Assembly: GCF_000181795.1 (NCBI RefSeq)
Contig: NW_003526944.1
Coordinates: forward strand, 4,541,293 to 4,569,514
DNA: 28,222 nt
Source: Trichinella spiralis
Taxonomy: Eukaryota
Direction: 5' to 3'
Shown: in pieces, positions 1 through 11,045 of the stretch
Numbering within the stretch: the first letter of the stretch is position 1
Layout: each line of letters opens with the position of its first letter
Made by a program: the position numbers and the translations under genes
The notes under the pieces: model-generated
What the model saw: the letters and a program-made list of their open reading frames with translations, nothing else
What the model was told of the DNA's origin: nothing
The model's database searches: none

Positions 1-2750
1 GAACAGATGACGTAGCGTTGTTTTGCAAAATTGTGTGTTTTATTCAAATGTCAAAATTTGCTGAAGCGAGGAAATTAATTCAGTCGAGTTCTTTGGAAAA
101 AGCGTACAGATTTGCTTTTTTTTTGTTTTTATATTCTAATTGAAAAAATGTTTCAATTTAGATCACTGATATTTGAAGAGTCATACTGTCTTTATCGTTT
201 GAATATGTTGGAAGAAGCAGCTTCAATGTTAAAATCCTCTTCACATATGAATATTGTGAGCAAAGAACTTTTGGCTCAAATTGTAAGTTTTCAATTTATC
301 GATTATTTTCTTCTGTGTATTCATCATTTATGTAACGTTATTTCGATTTCTACTATTTAATAATTTTAATAAACAATTTTCAACGGCAGTCACTATCTCA
401 AAATAAATTATCAAATAATGCAGATTGTTTTTATCGATCTGTTTTACAGTAATTTTAGTGTGGCTGTAATGTTTTTTTTGCATTAAGTGTTTAAATGAAA
501 TTTTTGACAGTTGATTCAGTTATTTATTTGTTTATTTTAGCTTTATCGCTTGGAAAAGCCGGAAGAATCGTACAAATTGTACAAAGAAGTTTTAAGAAAC
601 AGCTCTGATGGTTACGATGACGAAAGGATGGCCAATATCAATGCTGTTATTAGCGAACTTCAGTATCAGAATCCATCGAAACCTCTCGTAATGTTTTTTT
701 TAATTTACGTTTGCAATTTCAATGTTTTTTTTGCATTTTAGGAATTAGAAATAAATCCTGATTCTTATGAACATGTTTACAATGAATCTTGCCGACTGAT
801 TGCATTGAATGAATACGAAAAAGCTAAAGAACAACTAATTGTAGCGGAAAGTACATGATTCAATTTTTTCAATATTAATATTGTTTATTAATGATATTTT
901 TGTTATTGTTTTATCCAGATTTGTGTCGGAATTCTTTAACTGAACAAGATTATACTGAAGATGAAATTGATGAAGAAATATCCATCATTCGGTATGTATT
1001 TGTTGTTGTTGTTGCTGTTTCTTATTTCTATACTTGATGTCATTGTAGTGTGCAGTTGGCGTACTGTCATCAAATGCTTGGTGAAATTGCAAAAGCTGGA
1101 AATATATTGAATGAAATTATAAAGAAAAAGTAATTTTAATTTTGTGATCAATTTTTTATTTTTTTTGGAAAATATGTGAAATTTAGAAATGTATCCATGG
1201 TTGTCCAGGCGGTAGCGTCGAACAATCTTGTTTGCTTGAAGAAAGACATGAATGTGTTCGAGTTGAGGAAAAGAATGAAATTTTGCACCACTTCTCAGCT
1301 AGATCGACAGTTGAACAATCGGCAAAAGTTGGGAATTTGTTTAAACGGAACGCTTGTATCGCTGCAAACGAACCAAGTGAATTTTTTTTTAATTTGCAAT
1401 TATTGCACCAAGCGAATGAATGTATTTTTTTATTTTAATGCTTGCAGTTCGATGCAGTAACAAAATCCATTGAAATGTTGAACAAAACATACGGACGGGA
1501 TGATTTGGCAATTTTTTGTGAAATGGCACTGATGTCAGCCAAAGGTAACGCTGGCCAAGCGGAGAAGAAGCTCGAGGAAATATTTGCTAGCAAGTCTGCA
1601 GGCGAATGTTCTCTAGCACTGCGCCTTGCACAGGCACAGATATTTATTAATCAAGGTGAATATTATTATTTCACTTTTTTTAGCTTATCCTTTGAAAAGA
1701 TGATGAATTTTTAGAGAAATTTGAAAAAGCATTCGACCTTCTTACATCACTGGCCGAAAATACGCTTCGTCCGGCTATATTGAGTGTTTTGTTACCGTTG
1801 TGCCACATGGTGAACAATAAGCGGACGGTGAAATTTTTGGAAAGCACTGCAAAACAGTTGTCAGATATGAAATGCGACAAAAAGACGTTGGTGGGATTTT
1901 TACAAGAATGCGCTTCTTTCTACACGAAAAACAACGACGTGAAAACTGCACTGATTTATTTGAAATGGCTCCACGATGTTCAGCCGGATGACTTGAACGC
2001 TTTGGTCAATTTGATCAACGCTTACATGCTGATCGACGAGCGAAAAGCCGAAGAGTAAGTGTGAGAGAGAGAGTTTATTTATTCAAATTTGATAAATTTA
2101 CATATTATCATTAGGCTTTCACGTACGTTGCCTGATTTTGATGAATTTGTGCGCGATTTGAATGTAAATGCTTTGGAAAATACAAATTGGCTAGCGTTGG
2201 GTAGCAAATACGCGGTCAAACGGGCTACACGTACAGAAACACCCAAACCTGGTACCGCTGCAAACGCACTAATTATTGGAGGCAAAACGCGGAAACGTCG
2301 ACGAAAAGGTACAAATTTATCCAATCGTTTATCATTGCTATGAATTATGCATATGGTTTAAATTGATATTTGAAGTGAAATTGCCGAAACATTTCGATCC
2401 CAATGTACCTCCGGATCCGGAACGTTGGCTTCCAAAGTATGAACGTTCAGGTTATCGTAAGAAGAAAGACAAACGAGCTAAGGATCGGGATATTGGTCGG
2501 GGTACGCAAGGAATGATCGGCGATGACGTGTATGATAATAATCTTCTTTTTGTTTTGCTTCGGTTAATTTATTACACATGATATCGAAAAGCATTTGGAA
2601 TTTTTTCCAAATTTTTCTAGCGAGACGACAAATTTGGAAACGCATGTATCGCCAAAGCAAGCTACCGCACCGCAGGCAATCGGTCCCAGGCAGATGCATC
2701 CTGCGCCCCAGAAACCCAAGAAAAAGAAACGGCCAAACAACAAGTGGTAG
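1..2750 (+). CDS. SRP72: Signal recognition particle subunit SRP72, 5'-truncated by the window edge; 12 exons visible
   Basis: Phase-consistent GT-AG exons: <1-103, 162-282, 541-687, 742-850, 919-991, 1049-1129, 1187-1376, 1448-1655, 1715-2054, 2115-2308, 2376-2529, 2621-2750. The translation has the SRP72 N-terminal TPR region (DDVALFCKIVCFIQ; FEESYCLYRLN; ELLAQILYRLE; LRNSSDGYDDERMAN) and AVASNNL. It also has the diagnostic RNA-binding motif RKRRRKVKLPKHFDPNVPPDPERWLPKYERS...GRGTQG and a Lys-rich tail ending in W (KPKKKKRPNNKW*). Confidence 0.97.
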
Positions 2751-2895
2751 CTTTTTATTGCTATTCACTTCAGCTTCTAGCTGGTGGTACTTTGTTTATT
2801 TTCTGTAAATGCATGAATGGGAGGGAATGCAAATGTGGATGATTATTCCAAGTAAAAAAGGAAGGCACTGTAAATTGTTGGTTTTGCATGCAAAT

Positions 2896-5800
2896 TTAAA
2901 TTGACAACAACAATGCTACTACAGCAGTGCAGATGATGTACGCGTAATGAGATTTCAAAATAGGTGTTCCAGCAGATGCCGGAAGGTTGTCTTGTATAGT
3001 TGCTTGCTTGATTACAGATAAGACGAGATCGTTTTGAAAAATGCCATCCTTGATTTGTTTCTTCAGCAAGCGGAGCGGTCGTTTGCATGCCTTGAAAAAA
3101 TTTTTCATTAATTAATTAATTTATTAATTGTTAAAATGCTTTGAAATAGTCAGTAATTCATTCACCTTTTCCGGACCACCAGTCATCCATGATGGAGCGG
3201 CGGTAGTTTCATTTTCGAACTTTGCCCCGTAAAAACGTTCCACTTGTAAAATCACATTTCCCTGAGAACTGAACAGGTGGAAAAAACGGCATCTCAGTTC
3301 CTTAAATGATGGATGTTTTTATTTTTTCGATTTTATAATTTCCACAAGCAGTTCTAATTTCCGAACCTCATGATCACCGTGCAGACGAAATTCTTGTTGC
3401 AACAGATCAATGAGAACGTAATAAAATGTGTTCGGCTGATCGAAGCCGTACCGATGTTGAATACTTTGAGGCAAATGTTCAGCAATCCAGCGTACCTCTT
3501 CGTCGGCATAGCCGATTAGAAAATACAAACCTGAAAAATGAACCGAATCACACAATTCAATTCAATGCATCCAGCGTGTACCTCTGCCGAATTCTACTTC
3601 GTGGCGTTTCGGCCGTTCGCAGATGAAATCACCGTTGAAGCATGAACACAGGCCACGGTCTGGCAACCACATTGGTGAACCGAAAGCTTATTTTTGTAAA
3701 AAAATAATTTATTTGCATATTTGTAACAACAAGAAAGATTTTTAAATTTTACAATGAGAAATAACAGCTCCTTGACAGGGTGTCTCTTGTAAACATCCCA
3801 TTTCGTGACATATGGGCTGATGATCCATACCACATTCGCAATAAGCGGAACATGGTCTTGTCGGGTGCGTGTAATTCTAAAATTGTTCTTGCATTTAGCA
3901 ATTTTGCAATGATTGAAAATTATTCTTTTACGCGAAACAATTTCGACATTGGCCAGAATATTTGTTTTCCAAATTTGTCCACGTATGTACATTCATCTGA
4001 AAATTAATTTACCCTATCAGTTTTTCTGAAACTGCATTAAATGAACAACTTCAGTGCAGATATTTTACCCTCTTTCGGTGATGGAGTTGTTGTCGCTGAA
4101 CTGGTTGATAATGATTGAGTAAAGCTTGTATCATCGAAATATTCGTCGTTTGATGTTGTTGTAAGACTGATTGTCTTTTCTGTAACTGTTGCTGTCGGAC
4201 CCAATGCTTGGCTCGTAGTTGTAAACAAATACGGTCTGTAGGTGATGGCCGTGTTTTCTTCTTGAGAATCATTTTTAATTTTCGATGTAGCTTGCATTAC
4301 TGTAATTTTTACATACGGTAGTTGAGAAAATGCTGAAAGAAATAAATGATAAAAAAAGAAAAACTGGTTCTAGTATTAAAAATGAATTGTAAAATAACTG
4401 TACTCGGGACAAGAGTTGTTGGAATTTTGTATCTGGAATTGTTTGTTCTACTGCGACCGTTTTGCGAGGTGATCAAGTGAAAATTGGGTATCATGCTGAG
4501 GCGAATCTCTTCTACATAAAGGGAAAACATTAGCATTAAGTTGAAGTGACTTTTGTCATCGATGAAGCCATTGAAGCTGCTAACCGAAACATGGATTGCG
4601 AAATGGTAAACTTTCTTGTATATCACGACAATTCCGATCGTCGGACATGCAATAGCAGTCGGATTCGAGTGCACTGCCTCGAATTTTGATCAACGCTTGC
4701 CGGCAGGCGGCTGCTTGATTATTAGTTCTGCATTGTCGTTTCTTCGGATCCCATCGACAAGCTTTGAAATAACGTTTTCCCCAGATTCTGTGAAACGTGT
4801 GCAGTGGGTTCAAAATGAAAAAAATAAAAGCAAAATCAAACCCAACCTGCAAACTGGATCGGTGAAACACTGATCGACCAGTTGCTGGCATTCGATCGCT
4901 TGATCCATTGGCACTTGCATCGCACAAACCGGCAAAAGTAGTCGCTGTAAAGTTATATTAATGTGAAACATTAAGTTTGTTTGTTTTTTTTGAATAATTT
5001 AATAAATAAATCAATCAAAATATTTAATAACTTGCTGTTGTCGACAGTGAATATCGCTGGCACGACAGCTGCAGAAGAGCATCAATTGTTGCAATTCGTA
5101 ATTTACATAACGACTGAAACGTCGCAACGTCGGCACGCAAAGTTCCCGCTCGCAAGGGCTGTTGTTGTGACAGTAAAGTTTAATTTCCGACAAATGCCAA
5201 TTGCATATACGATCTCTGGCACATTCTTCATACGAAATATTGCACGTACTATCTGAAAATACAGAACAATTGCAAAAATTTGAATAAACGATTTCAATTT
5301 ATGGAAATAATTTTGACAAATTATTCACTGAATCGCAAGTTAATATTTGAAATATTTCTGTTGATTAAATATTAAATCAAAAATGAACAACTGATAACTG
5401 TATTACGGATTCTATTCATTTCATATATTTAATTGTGTAAAAAATTATATATTTTACCGTAACAAGCAATAAACGTATGAATCGATTGACAAAAGAACGA
5501 TTGACATGCATTGTTTGAAAAAATATGTTCAATAAAAAAATAAATTTAATATTTACATTTATTACAAAATAAATTATAATAAATTTTAAATAAAAATTAA
5601 AGTTTTAAACAAATAAATACTTTATTGCATTTATGTTTACTGAATTTCAATGAAAAATTACAAAAATGACAATTAAAATTTTTTTTCAATTTGAATTTTA
5701 TATTTTTTGAATTGTAAAAATCTTCAAATTTACCGTAATTAGGTCATTTAATTAAATACCTGCATTGCACATTTTTAAAAAAACCGGATTGGTGATTTGT

Positions 5801-7402
5801 TAACTTCATTTCCCGCTGGTTGTGCACCCAGTCGCCTTTTCAATTTGACACGTAAGTGGCGTGATGTTTGTCAGTGTTTATGAGTGTTTTTCAAAATTAC
5901 AACGCAACATTTATTTCTCGTAAACTTAATAATAGTATGAAAATTTTTATTTATTTAAAAAATTATTTGAATATGAATTTAAAAAAATGTTTTTTTTGTC
6001 TTGTAATTTAGCTGCTTGCTATTGATTATTCGCCTTACCTATTCGATAAATGACACCTGAACTAGCTTGCACTTCGTTGTCAGAAACGAATTTGGTCGAC
6101 CTTATCCAAGGCAAGAAGACAATGTATCCTTTGTCGGTGCGGTTGTTGTCCAAAATTGCCGCATCCTCTTTCGTCCTGTCCGTCGGTTGATGGTTCGGTT
6201 TTTGTTCATTTTCTGTCATTTGCAAAAAATACGTCGTCTGCCGTTCATTGACATCATCAAAGTCAGGGTCCGTTTCCGTCACTTCCAGTATCGTCCCGTC
6301 GCTTAGCTTCTTCAGGTAAGTGACTGCACTTGGCACTTTTAATATTTCCTCTCGAATCGCGTTCATTTCGTTGTCATTTGAAATTGCTTTTTCCACATAT
6401 TTCGCATTCTCCACTTCTTCTGCAAAATATTGACTGACTAGATAGAGTTCCATTGGTTTGAGATTTTATATAAAACAACAACAACAGCAATTGGTTTACC
6501 AATACATTTGTTGTGCGAGATGATGAGTTCAATGAGGTGACATTCAGGTCCGTGTTCTTTGTGTTGATCCAGGCAACTACATCTGTACAAACGGGTGCGT
6601 TTCAAAGCCGTGTACGCGTCGCGACATTGTTGTCTGATGAAAAGGAAAAAACAACATTTTATTAATTTATTTCTTCAATTTAAATACAATTATTTCGGGT
6701 TTACTTGTTGCTCATGCGACATGCAAATTTCTCCATTGGACACATTTGCAAAAATGTTTTCCAAATTTGTCGACATGAACTGTTCTTCAAGCACCAATAC
6801 AGAGTCGTCGTACAGATCGGCGTGGTTTGATTGAGCAAATTGGGTTCGTTGATTTGGTGCCAGTTTTGGTCACTTCTACTGAGCTGCAGTTTGTGACGCA
6901 GGTGACGCACTTTGTGTTTGTCCAATTGTTCCCAGATTCTGTAGCAAGGATGGTTGAAAATTGAACGCGAAATTCCCATGCACCGGATATCCACTGGTGA
7001 ACAACTGCACGGACGGTGAAATGGATCACTTTGACGCAGTGCTCGAATTGCCAGTCGACACTGCTCAGCATTGGAGCTCTGACAGGCTTGACAAAGTGAA
7101 GCAAGCATGTAGAATTTCAAACAGTTTTCAAAACTTTCAAATCACAGCTTACTGTAGTCTTCTTCTGACCAGCGACCACAATATGCACTGTGACTTTCCA
7201 AGGCACGCGAACAGAATTCGCTTTGTTGACACTGATACACGGCATTTGCACAATTGGACGCCGTTGCCGACAATATTTTGCACAACAGTTCTGCAAGCAA
7301 CAGAAGAAAATAACTGGCCACTGGTCAACGTTTTGATAATAATTCAAATTTTTTTACACTGGCGAACATTTGTTTACCTTGAAAAAGCCAGAAAATTAGC
7401 AT
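2896..7402 (-). CDS. GDNF family receptor alpha-like protein (Gfrl-type): signal peptide, four GDNF/GAS1 cysteine-rich domains, Ser/Thr-rich stalk, C-terminal Cys-rich region, probable GPI signal; about 912 aa, 16 coding exons
   Basis: Exons in transcript order: 7402-7378, 7320-7153, 7086-6705, 6633-6500, 6419-6039, 5252-5032, 4944-4847, 4787-4585, 4511-4404, 4299 (or 4332)-4069, 3996-3932, 3876-3753, 3686-3582, 3530-3367, 3300-3166, 3090-2896. All junctions are GT-AG and in phase. The N-terminus MLIFWLFQVASYFLLLLAELLCKILSA is hydrophobic. Four repeats each carry 10 Cys with a CxC core, e.g. LMLFCSCRASDIHCRQQQRLLLPVC, which resembles GFRalpha1 domain 2. The protein ends PASAG...YAYIICTAVVALLLSI* with no cytoplasmic tail. 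Confidence 0.9.
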
Positions 7403-7572
7403 TGCTTTCAGGCGTTGTTGTTGAATTGTGTGTGATAAATGGAACTTTTCAACTGTTGAACAAAACTGAACAACAGCTTTCTCTTGAATCTGATGGCAGC
7501 ATTGTTTCACCGCATCGCCGCACGCTCAGTCAGTCCACTTTTCAGTCTGCAATTGCAGGACTTTTTTTTATA
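7403..7572 (-). other. Probable 5' UTR part of the first coding exon of the GFRalpha-like gene, beginning at a splice acceptor (cis or trans)
   Basis: On the minus strand, ttttgtttcag ends at 7573, about 170 nt upstream of the ATG at 7402. A candidate donor (gtaagc, minus strand) starts at about 7868. No transcript evidence is available. Confidence 0.3.
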
Positions 7573-10500
7573 TCTGAAACAAAACACTTACATCAACAGC
7601 AAATTTGTCTGGATATGCTATAAATGCAGTGGAACGAAACTGCAATTCTTTCTACTTGCTTGAACAAGAGAATGTTCTAATGTTGATTGAGATGGGGATT
7701 TTTTTTGTATTATTGGTTAGATTTAATTGATTCTCAAAGGAGGAGGTATTGCTTGTTTTGATCAGGGAAAAATGCTCATAATGGTTCGGTTCTTGAACTG
7801 CTATGTAAATTTTTTTTAATATCCAGTTCAAAAAGTCTTTTCCACTTATTAACAAGTTGCTTGCTTACTTTACAACTACGAGAGCGGAACAATAAGTTCA
7901 TAATTAGTTTGCATGAATTCGACAGACTCTGGTGATTAATTTGAAATATTTTAAAAAAGTATCTTACTTCATTTTAGTAAAAAGCCAGTATTTGAATTTC
8001 TTTTTCTTTCACGTAATGTTTTCTTGTATCCCACATTTTATTTGAGAATTGTTAGAAGACGTTCCTCATTTCTGTGACATAAAAAATTTTCTCGTTGGAT
8101 ATTTTTTTTAAATCAAAGTGTGGAATGGAAATTTAATGAAGCAATATTGATTTTCAAACTATCACCATATAACTGACTGTTCATCAGTAAATACCTTACT
8201 TTATTCAAAAATAATTGAAAATGGAAAAAATATTTATTTTTATGAATTGCATTGATTTTTCATTTCAATGGTTTTTCTCCTATCAATCAATCGATGTACA
8301 ACTAATCGAAAATGGGAATTATCAAAACAAAAAGCGAAATAGAACACCTGTTTTAACACTGAAGTGAATAATAAGCATCTTGTGTAAATCAATCACGGAA
8401 ATTTGTGAAAAAAATTAATTTGCTGGAAACAAATCCTATTTTAACACATTTCAAAATTAATGCAACGTATTTTTGTGATTTTAAGCCAAGTTCTAGGTTG
8501 ATAATTTAGAATTGTGAAATCACGCATTTGTGGCAAGGTTTTTACGCACAATTTTACCAACACAAATGTATGTGATACGGGGAACGGTGAATGTTTTGTT
8601 TTGTTTATGTATATAAATTAATCTGCAATAATAATTTAGCCCAACATTATTCACTGTTTTGGTATCGGATGTTTGAAGGGATAGGAGTCGAACAGACATG
8701 AAATTATTAATATAGAAAAGCAGTGTTGATAGTCTCTGTTACTTTTAAAACGGGAAGAGGCAGGCTTTGAGAGCAGAACAGAAGTTTCCTGTTTCAAGTG
8801 AAATGCGTTGAATGGATAGATCAGTTTAAAGTATCAATTCAATTTCTCATCTTTTCAAGAGCCAGTGCTATAGTGCGGAATGCGCATTGAGAATGCTAAA
8901 CTCTGGTTACCTGATGGGGAAATTTTAGCATCTCCAAGTTTATTTATTGCAAAGCAAAATATTTTCCTCATTATCATCACCATCATCCATAAGTGGACAA
9001 TGGATTTACGTTCGCGTAAAGTTTATAAGCTGGCGTGAAGCTTTTCAACCAAGAGTGAGTTAGTTCCTCTTGCAAAGTGCACGACTCAGTGTGAACGCGG
9101 GATATCGATCGTCATTGATTCGATTGTTCACAAAATTGCTGTTCGTGAAGTTGCGCATACTTTTGCCTTACTCAAATGTGCCCAGCTGTGTCATTTTGTC
9201 AATTTTATTCCACATTGGAAAAAATATTTTGTATTTTTTTCAACGGCATACACTTCATTTCAAATACAGAAAATAATAATACACTATAATCACATTTATT
9301 TCTGTCCTTCAGTACTCCTGTATACATGTGGAAGTTATTTTTTCTACAAATCGACAGCTACTCTTTTAGAAAAATATGCATTTTTGGAAATTTTGTTTAA
9401 ATTCGAACGATACATTCAAATTATGAGGTTAGTGGGGTTTGTAAAAATTTGGAAAGTTTGGAAAAAGGTTAAACACTTGGTTAATTTAATTTGAATATAT
9501 TCTTTTGAAGTAACATAGTATTGCACCAATTTGAAAAATGTTAGTTAGTTACTTTATGTTCAATATTTTGGGTTAAAACAGATATGCTGAAGAAAATGAT
9601 TTTGTAATTTATTAGAAATCTACTGATGAAGAATAAATTTCCGATAGAACTTCAAGCTGAATATTAATTATAATTTTCATAGATTTCCATTATGAACATT
9701 CTCACTGTGATATTGTGATTATTGCTTTTGTTTTTGAATTTCAAATTGACGTAATTTCGTAACTTATCACTGTACACCACCTCTTAGAGTTAAAAGCGTT
9801 TTCAAAAATTTATTTCTGCTAATTTCTATTTTTTTCATGTTCTTTTGTGAATATCACACCAACAGCATTGCTATGCAGAAATTTCTTTATAATAAAAATA
9901 TATCTGAGAAATTTTCAAAAGGAAGAAATATATGTAGAGATATTATTTTCATTGACCTTAAGATGGAAGGATAGATTTCAATAATTTACCTACTACTTAC
10001 GACAGTCCTTTGTTCAGTAGAGGTGGTAAAATGAGAGATGATGCAGTTATCATTTTTACCAAGAAAGATCCTCAGAGGCCTTGCGTGTTGCGGTTGCTAG
10101 TTCAGCTTGGCTACACATTTTCCAGTTCCAACCAAGTTGCCAGAGTTATTTGGTGGGAGGGGTGGAATTGAAAAGAATCATCAGGCGTACCTGAATAACG
10201 CGCAACGCGAGAATGTTATTCCAAGAATGTGATGCTGATCAGCAAAGAGGACGAACTGCCGCCTCGCGGCTGTCTGCGCTCGTCACTAGCTTTGGCCGAG
10301 CGGTAGATTTAACAACGATACACGTCATTATCCATCGCCTGGAGATGTGCTACTTATTTAAAATGTGAACAAAGAAAAAAATAATATTACACATGCTCTC
10401 ATATGGTTTTTTTTCTTCCCTTAAAGATGTTACAAATTTGCCATGATGATGCAATAATTCGATGGAAATATCATATTCCACAATAGATGGATATTTGTAA

Positions 10501-11028
10501 TTTGTTGTTAAAATTCAGAAACAATTTGTATTATTTATTATTTTTGAGGGAAAGTGATTTTTCTTCTATTAAAGGTTAATTTTGTATTTTTGAATATTTC
10601 CACTTTGATATGGAAGTTTGAATTCGAAAATAACTTTTATACAAATTGGAGAGGAGAAATCTATCAATGGTGGTGAAATCATTGCTTGTAAAGGTGAGAA
10701 TTCAATTTGGTTATCCATCAGTTTTCATTGTGATTTTTTATTTTTGCATTATGTTTCAAACAAAGATAATATTTGAATTAATTTGTAAATCTTTGCCGAC
10801 TCAGTGGTGTGTCTATTTGTGTGAAAATAAGTTCGTTCAATGAAAGCTACTTATTCCAAGATATTTTGTTTATTTAACATTTAAACGGCTTGTCTTTATT
10901 TATTATTGTTATTCTTATCATTATTGTTCATATATTTTACAATTCCTATTAGCAAGTGTTTTTTTGAAAAGATGAAAGGGGTAGAAAAGAAAAGAAAATA
11001 TTGTTTTATAATGAAAAATGTTCAACGA

Positions 11029-11045
11029 CAACAACAACAACAACA
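11029..11045. repeat. (CAA)n microsatellite
   Basis: caacaacaacaacaaca; it explains the poly-Q run in the spurious ORF 10906-11136. Confidence 0.75.

Noticed and set aside
5458..5511. Possible alternative ATG exon (MHVNRSFVNRFIRLLLVT|gtaaaa) for a short receptor isoform
   Set aside because: Its two ATGs give phase 0 or 2, while the next exon needs phase 1, and no bridging exon was found.
5795..5880. U5 snRNA-like TCGCCTTTT in a GC-richer intronic patch
   Set aside because: It lacks the invariant GCCTTTTAC loop, the flanking stem and a correctly placed Sm site.
6124..6132. U12-type donor consensus GTATCCTTT
   Set aside because: It lies antisense inside a coding exon, and none of the introns modelled here has a U12 donor.
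6019..6453. 144-aa ORF as an independent nested gene
   Set aside because: It has an in-phase acceptor (6420) and donor (6038) that join it to the flanking GFRalpha-like exons.
6961..7623. 220-aa + strand ORF, the longest in the track
   Set aside because: It starts at TTG, lies antisense to GFRalpha-like exons 1-3 and has no recognisable motif; most likely a shadow ORF.
9424..9446. let-7-like TGAGGTTAGTGGGGTTTGTA
   Set aside because: The seed is mismatched and there is no complementary arm.
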